64,000 bases of DNA, taken from Eledone cirrhosa (lineage: Eukaryota). The notes under the pieces were generated by a model. The model ran no database searches, was not told the DNA's origin, and worked only from the letters and a program-made list of their open reading frames with translations. The position numbers were made by a program, and so were the translations under genes. Below are positions 1-14,683 of the stretch, piece after piece. How positions within the stretch are numbered: the first letter of the stretch is position 1; every line of letters begins with the position of its first letter. The stretch spans positions 21,762,001 to 21,826,000 of the forward strand of contig OZ024762.1 in the NCBI GenBank assembly GCA_964016885.1, given 5' to 3'.

Positions 1-141
1 CAACTAGTATCAAACAGATAGTTTATTATTGTTATTGTTATTTATATTTTATTGGTTTAAATGCGTGTGTGACGGAAGGGGGACTTTGAAGGTAAATAAG
101 TCATGTGTTGACCAGTGTGGTCGAGCAAGCTACTATATATA

Positions 142-984
142 TCAGGGGGCTTGAAAAGTTTATTACGGTGTTTCTTTTTCAACATATACTCCATCTAGGT
201 CAATACTTATCTGCAAGTCATGATACCAGCCTTTAAGTCCATCTCTGTAAAACTGAGGGTCCATCTCTGTAAAACTGAGGGTCCATCTCTGTAAAACTGA
301 GGGTCCATCTCTGTAAAACTGAGGGTCCATCTCTGTAAAACTGAGGGTCCATCTCTGTAAAACTGAAGGTCCATCTCTGTAAAACTGAGAGTCCATCTCT
401 GTAAAACTGAGAGTCCATCTCTGTAAAACTGAGAGTCCATCTCTGTAAAACTGAGAGTCCATCTCTGTAAAACTGAGAGTCAATCTCTGTAAAACTGAGG
501 GTCCATCTCTGTAAAACTGAGGGTCCATCTCTGTAAAACTGAGGGTCCATCTCTGTAAAACTGAGGGTCCATCTCTGTAAAACTGAGGGTCTGATTTAAA
601 CCATGTCAAAGCAGCTTTTTTTTGTTACATCAGCTGGGGATCATCTTCAACCTCATCTCTTCCACTTCTAAAATGACTTATCCATTTGTAGGTTGTTGAT
701 TTCTGTGGGGCATTGTTCCCATAAACTTGCTCCAGAGTGTCAATGATTTGGCTGCCCTTCCATCCAAGCTTCACCAAGTATTTGATGTTTTGATGGAGGC
801 CATGTTGCTCGAGTGGGTGCTGACTTCCAACTGGCGGTGCCACGTTGCAACATGCATTTAAGGGTTCATGTCAGAACATTTTATGATACGTTAGTATGAG
901 AACGTACCGGTGCATTGAGAAACGAATCCCTGCATATGATTTTTAGCAATGGACTTATTCTACGAACGTTTTGAAACCCCCTCG
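142..984 (-). mobile_element. Internally deleted mariner transposon (N-terminal HTH fused to C-terminus), TA-flanked
   Basis: Minus-strand 625-830 reads QNIKYLVKLGWKGSQIIDTLEQVYGNNAPQKSTTYKWISHFRSGRDEVEDDP (mariner HTH). 163-620 reads TWFKSDPQFYRDG...LKGWYHDLQISIDLDGVYVEK (mariner C-terminus). Ends are TA|tcagggggcttgaaaagtt and aacgttttgaaaccccctcg|TA. Confidence 0.8.
237..591. repeat. 22-bp minisatellite (gtccatctctgtaaaactgagg), ~16 copies
   Basis: Direct tandem copies are visible, and the translation repeats every 22 aa. Confidence 0.97.
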
Positions 985-1178
985 TATATAGAAACAAAGG
1001 AGCTGATCGTTAGATCGGACCAAGGAAACAACCTTGTTGAGTTTTCCATTGCTGATACTGGGTTAGTCGCAATACCTAGCAGAAGAAAGAAGCTAATTAT
1101 TTGTCCATGTGTCAAGGGAACAATATTATATTTACTGTGCGATCACAGTATACATAGAAGAAATATATCTATACCATA

Positions 1179-1300
1179 CGAGGGCCTGCTCAAAAGTTCC
1201 TGGATTTGGGTAAAAGACAATACAGGAGGATCAGTAAATTATGATTTTATTCAACATATTCCACTCTCAGATTCACACACTTATTGCAGTAGTCCTACCT
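1179..1300 (+). mobile_element. Partial mariner-type MITE (same family as 3181-3371)
   Basis: TA|cgagggcctgctcaaaagttcctgg... is near-identical to the left half of 3181-3371. Confidence 0.75.
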
Positions 1301-1747
1301 CTCCTGTGAAGATAACAACTATACATATAGACAAAGAAATGAGCTGATCGTTAGATTGGACCAAGGAAACAATAAATCTGTTTGGTTTTCTATTGCTGGT
1401 ACTGTGTTGGTAGCAATACCTAGCAATACCTGGTAGAAGAAAGACGCTGATTATTTGACCAGATCAAGGAAACAATGTTTCTATTGTTCTTATCCAATGC
1501 TGATACTATCTGTTGATTACAACTCCTCCTGGGAGAAGTAAGAAGTTCACCATCAGATTAGACCAAAAAACAATGTTTCTATTTTATTTCCATTGCTGAT
1601 ACTATCTGCCAATCGCAACACTTAGCAGTAGAAAGAAGGTAATCGTCAGATCGGAAAGAAGGAAACAATATTTCCATTAGTCTTCCCATTAGTAATACTT
1701 TCTGTCGCTTGCAACTCCTGATAGAAGGAGCAACATCAAATAAAATA

Positions 1748-1835
1748 TATTGCTCAAGAACAGAGCGCTCCCTACTGTCAAGGAATCGAACCCACGACCT
1801 TTTTGTGAGTCCAGTACCATAACCCCTTGGCCATA
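1748..1835 (-). mobile_element. tRNA-derived SINE fragment (family 2)
   Basis: The reverse complement has a B-box-like gggttcgattcc followed by cttgagca, as in 20478-20760. Confidence 0.55.
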
Positions 1836-2037
1836 TACCAGTCACTAACAAATAAAAAGAAAAGGCCATCAGATTAGACCAAGGGAACAATGAGATGGTG
1901 TGGTGTTTGTTATCAATTAATGGGTTTTTATCACAAAGATGAGTTTGGTGACCTCGCACTCTGCCCCAGCTATCCCTGGCTACAACACATACAAAAGAAA
2001 TACACTAATAACACAATCGAAGCCCTCAGACAATTAC

Positions 2038-2069
2038 AGAGAGAGAGAGACACACACACACGCACACGC

Positions 2070-2119
<50 letters not shown>

Positions 2120-2161
2120 CCACCCTATTTTTGTTTGTCGTTGATTTCTCGTTTTTTATTC

Positions 2162-2216
<55 letters not shown>

Positions 2217-2345
2217 TTCTCTCTCTCTGTCTCTGTTTGTCTTTTGCACACACATAAATATATATATATATATATATATGTGTATGTGCGTAATGATATA
2301 TTCACACACACACACGTGTGTGTATATATATATATATATATACTG
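2038..2345. repeat. Compound (GA)/(CA)/(CT)/(TA) microsatellites
   Basis: Directly visible. Confidence 0.95.
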
Positions 2346-2872
2346 TCTGTGTGTCACTCTTTAAATTGATACCATTTTATTACAACTGCTAGTTGACACC
2401 TCATTGAGTCCGATCTACCAAATAAATGACAATTTAATAACTTTGAAGTCATGAGGGAGGGAAGGGGTCTCCCCCCGGGACTATAATGGTGGTGGTGTTG
2501 GTGGTGGTGAATATATAAATAAAAATTAATTAAATGTTTTCTTTACACACTCCACCTCTCAACACTATCTCTCCCCGAGCCCTTCTCTCTATTACACACT
2601 CCACCTATCAACACTATCTCTCCCCGAGCCCTTCTCTCTATTACCCCCCCCCCCCCGTCAACACCCCCCACCCCCAGACCATCTCTCCTCGGCACACACT
2701 CTCCCCTCATCCACGCCTCCTCTCCTCGACTACTCTCTCTATTCCTTTGTTCCATCCGTGAAAAAAAAAAAATTAAATTAAACTTTTCTCAAATTCTAAC
2801 TATTAACAACAAAAGGGGGAGAGTAACCACTTATATACACACGCACACACACACACATACACACACATATTG

Positions 2873-2906
<34 letters not shown>

Positions 2907-2921
2907 TACACACACACACAG

Positions 2922-2988
<67 letters not shown>

Positions 2989-3002
2989 ACATATATAACG
3001 AT

Positions 3003-3140
3003 TTCTATTATAGGCACAAGGCTAGATAGAAATTCGGTGACGATGGGGGGGGGGGGAGGGGGAGTCGATTGAATCGACCCCAGTGTATTACAGTGAGGAT
3101 GAAAGGCAAAGCTAACCTCGGCAGGATTTGAACTCAGAAC
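3003..3140 (-). mobile_element. tRNA-derived SINE (family 1), partial
   Basis: ggcacaagg...gatgaaaggcaaagctaacctcggcaggatttgaactcag matches other family 1 copies. Confidence 0.75.
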
Positions 3141-3180
3141 GTTGCGATCTAATAACATACGCACGAGAAATATATCTATA

Positions 3181-3371
3181 CGAGGGCCTGCTGAAAAGTT
3201 CCTGGCTTTGGGTAAAAGAAAACACAGGAAGATCAGTTAATTATGATTTTATTCAACATATCCCCCCTCTCAGATTCACTCACTTATTACAACGCCCCTA
3301 CTTCTCCTGTAGAGTTACGAGCTCTAACCTTTCGCAATAACCTTAAGCCAGGATCTTTTCAGCACCCCTCG
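3181..3371. mobile_element. Mariner-type MITE with ~30-bp TIRs
   Basis: TA|cgagggcctgctgaaaagttcctggctt ... aagccaggatcttttcagcacccctcg. Confidence 0.85.
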
Positions 3372-3703
3372 CATATATATATATATATATAATAAATACA
3401 ATAATATATAAATACAATATCGGAGAAAGCTTTTTAGCGATACTCCGGCCAAATTCCAACTCACTCAACAAACATTAGGAAATAAGTGATTATATTCCCA
3501 ATTATGTGTTCGGGGTGCTAACTAAAAGTATTGCGTGGAAAATTCGCTGTATTATTTCAAATGAGACATATCTAATATATATATATATATATAAGTATTA
3601 AGTTGTTAAACAATATTCGATGATTATGTCAAAGAATGAGTTTTACAGTAGATTGGAAGCACTCAACGATAAAATAATTTTCAGGAGTTATTAATATTAA
3701 AAT

Positions 3704-3798
3704 ATAAGTATTAATAAAATAGATGTTCTTTTGATCATGTTTCGAAATATGTGAAAAATGTCATTGATCAAAAGAACATCTATTTTATTAATACTTAT
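3704..3798. repeat. Inverted repeat, ~34-bp perfect arms, in a TA-flanked island
   Basis: ataagtattaataaaatagatgttcttttgatca / tgatcaaaagaacatctattttattaatacttat. Confidence 0.9.
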
Positions 3799-4155
3799 GT
3801 ATATATATATATATATATAGTGAAAAATGGAACGGGAACAAAACAGAGAGGCAGTACGAACAAAGGTTTATTAGTTTCACGCTCTTGAGAGTGGGGTGGT
3901 GGTATAAATGAAAATAGAGAAATTAATGTGAGCTAGAAGCCAACAGGAATTCATACATATAAGTGACTATTACGTCAAGATGGAAAATATTTAACGTAAG
4001 ATATGGGAAAATAATTCAATCTCAATTAAAAAAAAGTCAAGACAGAAACTTTATCCACAGATTTTGTGTAATCCAGGGAAAAAACCAATAGAGTCTTAAC
4101 TCAGAATAAAATTAAGGGTAAATACTTATCCTTCAGTTTGGAAAAATCTATAAAT

Positions 4156-4236
4156 GCTCTATATAGTCTTAAAAAGACTATTTCACGATACTTTTCAGTG
4201 GGGTTAATGACGGTTGGAGTCATTCATCAGTAGAGC
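4156..4236 (-). ncRNA. Type I hammerhead ribozyme motif
   Basis: Minus strand: GCTCTA-CTGATGA-(stem II region)-GAAA-TAGTCTT ttt AAGACTA-TA^-TAGAGC. Stem I is 6 bp, stem III is 7 bp plus A-U, and the site is AUA. Stem II is weak. Confidence 0.75.
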
Positions 4237-4291
4237 GCAAACGATAACTAGTACCCACAGCTAAAATATGCCAAAAGGGAATTTAAAAGCA

Positions 4292-4335
<44 letters not shown>

Positions 4336-4369
4336 TACACAGTTTTCTATACCTTTCATATATAATACC

Positions 4370-4432
<63 letters not shown>

Positions 4433-4566
4433 AGAAGGGGTATTTAATTTTTTGGAAATACAACAAATATAAATGTTTATAACTGATTCAGAGCACTTTA
4501 CAAATTTCTGGAGTGAATATTCAATGATATTAAATAAATGGAATCTATATTCATAAAACCATATTT

Positions 4567-4628
4567 ATTCTATTATATATATTTCAAGGGTACCAACAAA
4601 ACTTTGGTACGCTTTCATCAGATAAAAT
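4567..4628 (-). ncRNA. Minimal type I hammerhead ribozyme motif
   Basis: Minus strand: ATTTTAT-CTGATGA-AAGCGTACCAA agttttg TTGGTACCCTT-GAAA-TATATA-TA^-ATAGAAT. Stem I is 7 bp, stem II is 10/11 bp, and stem III is palindromic. Confidence 0.8.
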
Positions 4629-4694
4629 ACATGATTTCCTTGGCTATGTCAAAATTTATAAAACACTCTTTGTCAATAAATACAACAGGATTTT

Positions 4695-4755
4695 TTTCAT
4701 TCTGATGACTGAAAGCAAATTTTGTTTGCTTTCAAGAAACCACTGGTAAATGAAA
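4695..4755 (+). ncRNA. Minimal type I hammerhead ribozyme motif
   Basis: TTTCATT-CTGATGA-cTGAAAGCAAA ttttg TTTGCTTTCAa-GAAA-CC act GG-TA^-AATGAAA; GUA cleavage triplet. Confidence 0.82.
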
Positions 4756-4780
4756 TAATTATCTTATGTTGTTTATTACA

Positions 4781-4824
<44 letters not shown>

Positions 4825-5064
4825 CATTTATTCATACATATATGTATACTCAAACACGCACATACATGTGAGTGTGTGTATGTGTGTAAACACACAAATG
4901 TCGTCCAGTTATTCAGCAAACAAAAGACAGCCTGGCTTCCTGCCAAGAAGGAATCAACTGATACAGTTCCCCCAAAACAATATTTCAATAGAAATTTAAA
5001 TGCTCAAACTGGTCACTAGGAAAAGAGAAAGTCACTTATACCTCTTAGTCAGCTCAGCTGGTAT

Positions 5065-5071
5065 TATATAA

Positions 5072-5102
<31 letters not shown>

Positions 5103-5137
5103 CATATTTAGATATATATACATACACTCACACGCTA

Positions 5138-5196
<59 letters not shown>

Positions 5197-5493
5197 CATA
5201 TTTAGATATATATTCATACACACACTAATATATATATATACACACACACACATATTTAGATATACATACATACACACACACACTAATATATATATATATA
5301 TACACACGCATATTTAGATATATATTCATACACACACTAATATATATATATACACACACACGCATATTTAGATATATATTCATACACACACTAATATATA
5401 TATATACACACACACACACATATTTAGATATACATACACACACACACTAATATATATATATATACACACACACACTAATATATATACATACAT

Positions 5494-5552
<59 letters not shown>

Positions 5553-5625
5553 TGTGTGTGTATGAATATATATCTAAATATGCACGCATATTTAGATATA
5601 TATTCATACACACACACACACACTA

Positions 5626-5659
<34 letters not shown>

Positions 5660-5680
5660 ATGTGTGTATCCATACATACA
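5065..5680. repeat. Compound TA/CA minisatellite (cgcatatttagatatatattcatacacacactaa unit)
   Basis: Repeated unit with variable TA/CA runs. Confidence 0.85.
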
Positions 5681-5797
5681 TTTCAATGTAGTTATATCTA
5701 CGTGTACAAAACGCACACATTTTTATAGGTAAATTCACGTGTGTAATAAAATAATCGCTCTCCCTATATACAGATATATATATATATATATATATAT

Positions 5798-6002
5798 ATA
5801 GGAACCAGTAAGACCCCGACAGCTGAGCTCAAGCCGTTTCGACGGCTAATTCTGGACTAATTAGTCCAGAATTAGCCGTCGAAACGGCTTGAGCTCAGCT
5901 GTCGGGGTCTTACTGGTTCCTATTACCCACTCTACTACCTCAAGTATTGAGTACTTTGGTGCGTTATGGTCCACCTGGTTCCTTACCACTTTTCCTTCGT
6001 TA
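5798..6002. mobile_element. TA-embedded fold-back element: perfect 126-bp palindrome (5798-5923) plus tail
   Basis: 63-bp arms with no spacer. The same family occurs at 44533-44640 and 62798-62922. Confidence 0.85.
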
Positions 6003-6129
6003 TATATATATATATATATATTATATACACAATGAACCGGATGTGGTACGATGCTCCTCCGGTTGACCGAAAACAACAGAGCAACAATGGTGAGTGTTGA
6101 CAATAACCACAGGAATAATGAATCATTAT

Positions 6130-7875
6130 GGTGACCACCACCACTACCACCTCCACCATCAGCACTACCATCACCGCTACCACCACCACCTCCACCATCA
6201 GCACTACCATCACCTCTACCACCACCGCTACCACCACCACCACCTCCACCATCACACCACCACACCGCCTCCACCACCGCCAGCACAGCTTACAACAACG
6301 ATCATCACTATTGTTGTTGGTGTTAGTGTTTGGTGGTAGTGGTAGTGTTGGTGGTTTGTGGTAGTGTTGTGGTAGTGGTTGTGGTAGTGTTGGTGTTGGT
6401 GGTTTGTGGTAGTGTTGGTGATGTGGTAGTGGTTGTGGTAGTGTTTGTGGTATTGTTGGTGGTTTGTGGTAGTGTTGGTGGTTGTGGTAGTGTTGGTGGT
6501 TTGTGGTAGTGTTGTGGTAGTGGTTGTGGTAGTGTTGGTGGTTGTGGTCGCGTTGGTGGTTTGTAGTAGTGTTGGTGGTTTGTGGTAGTATTGGTAGTTG
6601 GGGGTAGTGTTGGTGTTGTGGTAGTATTGGTAGTTGGGGTAGTGTTGGTGGATGTGGTAGTGTTGGTGGTTGTGGTAGTGTTGGTGGTAGTGTTGGTGTT
6701 TGTAGTGTAGGTGTTGTTGTGGTAGTGTTGGTGGTGGTGTTGGTGTTTGTCGTGTAGGTGTTGTTGTGGTAGTGTTGGTATTTGTAGTGTTGGTGGTTGT
6801 GGTGGTGTTGGTGGTTGTGGTAGGTTTGTTGTGGTGGTGTTGGTAGTTGTGGTAGGTTTGTTGTGGTAGTGTTGGTGGTTGTGGTAGTGTTGGTGGTTGT
6901 GGTAGGTTTGTTGTGGTGGTGTTGGTGGTTTGTGGTAGGTTTGTTGTGGTAGGTTTGTTGTGGTAGGTTTGTTGTGGTAGGTTTGTTGTGGTCGCTGGTT
7001 GGATTCTGGCAGTGTAATACTTGTTACTATCAGTCTTCATATTGTTGTTAGCGGTTTTGTTTATTGTAGTGTTGTTGTTGTTGTTGTCCTTTGTATTTGC
7101 AATGTTGTTGTTGTTATTGTTGTCAATTCTAACTGTCGTGTTATTAACTTTGTCGACTGTTGTTTTCTGTGGTTTTGTTCGTAATATTACTGCTGTTGTT
7201 GTTGTTGTTGTTATTACTGTTGTTGTTGTTGTTGTTGTTGCTGTTATTACTGTTGTTGTTGTTGTTGTTGCTGTTATTACTGTTGTTGTTGTTGCTGTTA
7301 TTACTGTTGTTGTTGTTGTTGTTGCTGTTATTACTGTTGTTGTTGTTGCTTTTGTTTATCGTGGTCATTGACTGCTTGTTGCATCACTATTACCGAATGA
7401 CTGACAATGGCGGTGATGGAGGATGGTGGTGGATGGTGGCGGATGGTGGATGGTGGCGGATAGTGGTGATGGCGTTCGGCGGTGATGGCGGTGGTGGTAA
7501 TGGCGGTGATGACAGTGGTGGTAATGGCGGTGATGACGGTGGTGGTAATGGCGGTGATGACGGATGGTGGTGATGGTGGTGATGACGGATGGTGGTGATG
7601 GTGGTGATGGCGGGTGGTGGTGATGGTGGTGATGACGGATGGTGGTGATGGTGGTGATGACGGATGGTGGTGATGGTGGTGATGACGGATGGTGGTGATG
7701 GTGGTGATGGCGGATGGTGGTGATGGCGGTGGTGGTAATGGCGGTGGTGGTAATGGCGGTGATGACGGATGGTGGTGATGGCGGTGATGACGGATGGTGG
7801 TGATGGTGGTGATGACGGATGGTGGTGATGGTGGTGATGACGGATGGTGGTGATGGTGGTGATGGCGGATGCCGC
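6130..7875. repeat. Low-complexity (CAC)/(GGT,GTT)/(GAT,GGT) trinucleotide-based satellites
   Basis: Directly visible. Confidence 0.9.
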
Positions 7876-8274
7876 CCGTAATTGCGCAGTTGATATTGGT
7901 TTTCGTTTTATGGCCCTTACTGTTGTTGTTGTTGTTGTTGTTGTTGTTACCGTCGTTTGTCCGTAAAGGAAAAGAAGGAGGAGGTTTGGTGAAGACGGAG
8001 GTGGGGAGTTTTTCTGTACAACAAACACGCACACCTAGATGCACACATAGACACGCACATACACACACTAATAGAGAGAGAGAGAGGGTGAGGCACATAC
8101 ACACACACAGTTACACGCACACACACACACACACACACCAAACACACACACACACACTAACAGAGAGAGAAAGAGAGGTGAAGCACACACACACACACAC
8201 ACTAACACAGAGATACACACAATTCATTAGCTTCTAGTTCCCTTTCATTATGGCATCCAGCATCCGTCCTGCAC

Positions 8275-8560
8275 GCCACCATCTCACCACAGCTCCGCTA
8301 CACCACACCCCTCAGCATTACCTACGTCACACCCACCTCCCACAACACCACACCCCCATCTCACCACTATATCACCGCTACACCACACCCCCGGGATCAC
8401 CTACGTCACACCCACCTCCCACAACACCACACCACCATCTCACCACTATATCACCGCTACACCACACCCCCGGGATCACCTACGTCACACCCACCTCCCA
8501 CAATACCACACCACCATCTCACCACTATATCACCGCTACACCACAACACCACACCACCAT
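8275..8560. repeat. ~77-bp C-rich tandem repeat, ~3.5 copies
   Basis: ccgggatcacctacgtcacacccacctcccacaacaccacaccaccatctcaccactatatcaccgctacaccacacc is repeated. Confidence 0.85.
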
Positions 8561-8934
8561 CCCACCAATTCCATCAGCCTCCTTCTGCACCCACCTGCAC
8601 GTCACATATCTACATCATCATTTACATCATCTACATCACCTCCACTCCACCTCACACGAACCCCGACACCACCTACGTCACATCCACCCCACACTACATC
8701 ACATCCACCCCACACTACATCACCATGCTACCTACCAACCTACACGTCACCTCCTCGGCATTATCCTCTGTACATCACCAACAACACCACCACCACCACC
8801 ACAACCACCACCATACACTACACCACACCACACCACACCGACCTACCTTACCCCTCCATAACGCGCCGTCGCACCCCCACCCCCCACCCCGCCACCACCG
8901 CCACCGCCGCCACCACCATACTCCCACCACCGCC

Positions 8935-9945
8935 CTCATATATTCACATCACATCACATCAACCTACCCTACCCCCCTCCATATCGCCACCGTCGTCGTC
9001 GCTCACCACCACTACCGCCGCCACCACCACCATCACCACCACCATACCTCACACATCATATCATATCAACCTACCCTACCCCCTCCATATCGCCACCGTC
9101 GCCCTCACCTCAGCACTACCACCACTACCACCACCACCACCATCATACCCCACCACATCACATCACATCACATCAACCTACCCTACCCCTCCATATCGCC
9201 ACCGTCGGCGTCACCTCAGCACTACCACCACCACCACCACCACCATCATACCCCCACCACATCACATCAACCCACCCTACCCCCTCCATATCGCCACCGT
9301 CGTCGTCACCTCAGCACTACCACCACCACCACCACCACCACCATCATACCCCCACCACCATCATACCCCCACCACATCACATCAACCCACCCTACCCCTC
9401 CATATCGCCACCGTCGTCGTCACCTCAGCACTACCACCACCACCACCACCACCACCACCACCATCATACGCCCACCACCATCATACCCCACCACATCACA
9501 TCACATCAATCCACCCTACCCCTCCATATCGCCACCGTCGTCGTCACCTCAGCACCACCACCACCACCACCACCACCACCACCACCATCATACCCCCACC
9601 ACCATCATACCCCACCACACCACATCACATCAACCCACCCTACCATCTCTATATCGCCACCGTCGCCCTCACCTCAGCACCACCACCACCACCACCACCA
9701 CCACCACCACCACCATCATACCCCCACCACCATCATACCCCCCACCATATCACATCAACCTACCCTACCCCCTCCATATCGCCACCGTCGTCGTCACCTC
9801 AGCACTACCACCACCACCACCAACACCACCACCACCACCACCACCACCATCATACCCCCACCACCATCATACCCCCCACCACATCACATCAACCTACCCT
9901 ACCCCCTCTATATCGCCACCGTCGCCCTCACCTCAGCACGCCACC
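8935..9945. repeat. ~80-130-bp C-rich minisatellite (catcaacctaccctacccctccatatcgccaccgtcgtcgtcacctcagcac + (CAC)n)
   Basis: About 9 copies are visible. Confidence 0.88.
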
Positions 9946-9968
9946 TACGGTGCAGAGCGCCTTACACA

Positions 9969-10168
9969 NNNNNNNNNNNNNNNNNNNNNNNNNNNNNNNN
10001 NNNNNNNNNNNNNNNNNNNNNNNNNNNNNNNNNNNNNNNNNNNNNNNNNNNNNNNNNNNNNNNNNNNNNNNNNNNNNNNNNNNNNNNNNNNNNNNNNNNN
10101 NNNNNNNNNNNNNNNNNNNNNNNNNNNNNNNNNNNNNNNNNNNNNNNNNNNNNNNNNNNNNNNNNNNN
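9969..10168. other. Assembly gap (200 N)
   Basis: Run of N. Confidence 1.
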
Positions 10169-10210
10169 GTTCAAAAGTGGCCCGCCAATGGAATATGTTG
10201 CACACCCCTG
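10169..10210 (-). mobile_element. hAT(Charlie)-like transposon terminus
   Basis: Reverse complement tagat|CAGGGGTGTGCAAC...GGCGGGCCAC. The other end is lost in or beyond the gap. Confidence 0.5.
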
Positions 10211-10779
10211 ATCTAAACCCTATATATACTATCTAGAAATTAACTTAAAAAAAAACTTCTTATTTTTCTTACTAGTAACCAAAACGAATAACAGAACTAG
10301 AATTCGGGCCAAAAAGGACGAACTTAACGCGCCACTCCTCTGAAAATTGTAGGCCTGTGTTAACTAGTCCATCTGCTACTTCGCCATTCTAGTCTGACCT
10401 GGAATTAGGTACAATATAGATTTATAGTAGGTAATTTGAGAAAGAGGAATGACAGGAGTTCCCTCTCTTACTAGTGTATTTGTATATTATAGTTTGGTAG
10501 AATATTTATTGCAAAACAAAAGAGAGACAAATATATAAAATAACCCAGTAAGACAATATATGTGAACAGCAATAACAACAACAATGGAAATAAAAATGTT
10601 GGCAACAACAACAGCAATAACAACAATAACAATAACAATAACAACAACAACAGCAATAACAACAATCACAATAACAACAACAGCAATAACATGTTTGATA
10701 TTGAATCCAAAATGTACTTTTGACATACGTGAGAAAAACAATATACATAGATAAATCATTGTGAAAAAAAAATTATGTA

Positions 10780-10956
10780 AATGATATATATATATGTATG
10801 TGTGTATATATGTATATATTTATGTGTATGTAAGTATGTGTATGTATGTATGTGTGTGTGTATGTATGTATGTATGTATGTATGTATATGTATGTGTGTG
10901 TGTATGTATGTATGTATATATGTATATATATATGTATGTATGTATGTATGTATATG

Positions 10957-10987
<31 letters not shown>

Positions 10988-11282
10988 ATATATATGTATG
11001 TATGTATATATATATATGTGTATATATATATGTAAGTATGTATATATATATATGTGTATATATATATGTATGTATGTATGTATATATATATATATGTATA
11101 TATATATGTATGTATGTATGTATATATATATATATGTATATATGTATGTATGTATGTATATATATATATATGTATATATATATGTATGTATGTATATATA
11201 TATATATGTATATATATATGTATGTATGTATGTATATATATATATATATGTATATATATATGTATATATATATATATATATA
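10780..11282. repeat. (TATG)/(TA) microsatellite
   Basis: Directly visible. Confidence 0.95.
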
Positions 11283-11752
11283 TAAAATATTTAAAAAATA
11301 ATGAATAAAACAATGAAACAGTTCCTTATATTAAACAAAAAAAGTTCATTATTTAACGATCGTTTCTAGGATATATATGTGTTAGAATTGGCATGCATAT
11401 TCAATTATTTCTGAAGACGGCATATATATGTGTTTGGTATGTATATTTAATTTTGATAGTTTGTATAATTTTGTATAATTTTGTACATAGATCTGTTGAA
11501 TATGCATGCCAATTCTAACACATATATATCCTAGAAACGATCGTTAAATAATGAACTTTTTTTGTTTAATATAAGGAACTGTTTCATTGTTTTATTCATT
11601 ATTTTTTTAATATTTTATCTTGACTCTGTATTCCGTTTATCTTTCACCGAAAGTGATTTTTCATTGCATCTCTTCTTTCCATGATATCCGGATTACATTG
11701 AGTTCTTCATACGGATTGGACACTACCGTAAACTCTTAGTAGATTTATCTAC

Positions 11753-11753
<1 letters not shown>
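11282..11753 (+). mobile_element. TA-embedded element with ~123-bp inverted arms (11282-11404 / 11496-11618) and a hammerhead
   Basis: Near-perfect inverted arms. A deleted sibling lies at 25832-26015. Confidence 0.8.
11404..11552 (+). ncRNA. Type I hammerhead motif with extended stem II
   Basis: ATTATTT-CTGAAGA-cGGGcATATATATGTGTT...AACACATATATATCCTa-GAAA-CGATCG-TT^-AAATAAT. Stem III (ACGATCGT) is palindromic; GUU site. Confidence 0.72.
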
Positions 11754-14682
<2,929 letters not shown>

Positions 14683-14683
14683 A

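Larger units (their letters stand above)
985..1890. repeat. Diverged local repeat with core gagctgatcgttagatcggaccaaggaaacaa
   Basis: The core ttaga(t)..gaccaaggaaacaa recurs at ~1010, 1350, 1460, 1555, 1650 and 1870. Confidence 0.6.

Noticed and set aside
237-591. CRISPR-like appearance of regular 22-bp repeats (also the 44/37-bp arrays at 49.4-51.4k)
   Set aside because: Units are head-to-tail with no unique spacers, no cas genes, and the context is eukaryotic.
949-1347. 132-aa ORF
   Set aside because: It is a chimera of a mariner TIR, a local repeat and a MITE, with no recognisable domain.
6094-10236. His/Thr/Pro-rich (mucin- or extensin-like) ORFs
   Set aside because: They are open in several frames on both strands and fully explained by CAC/GGT-based satellites. 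One ORF runs through the N gap.
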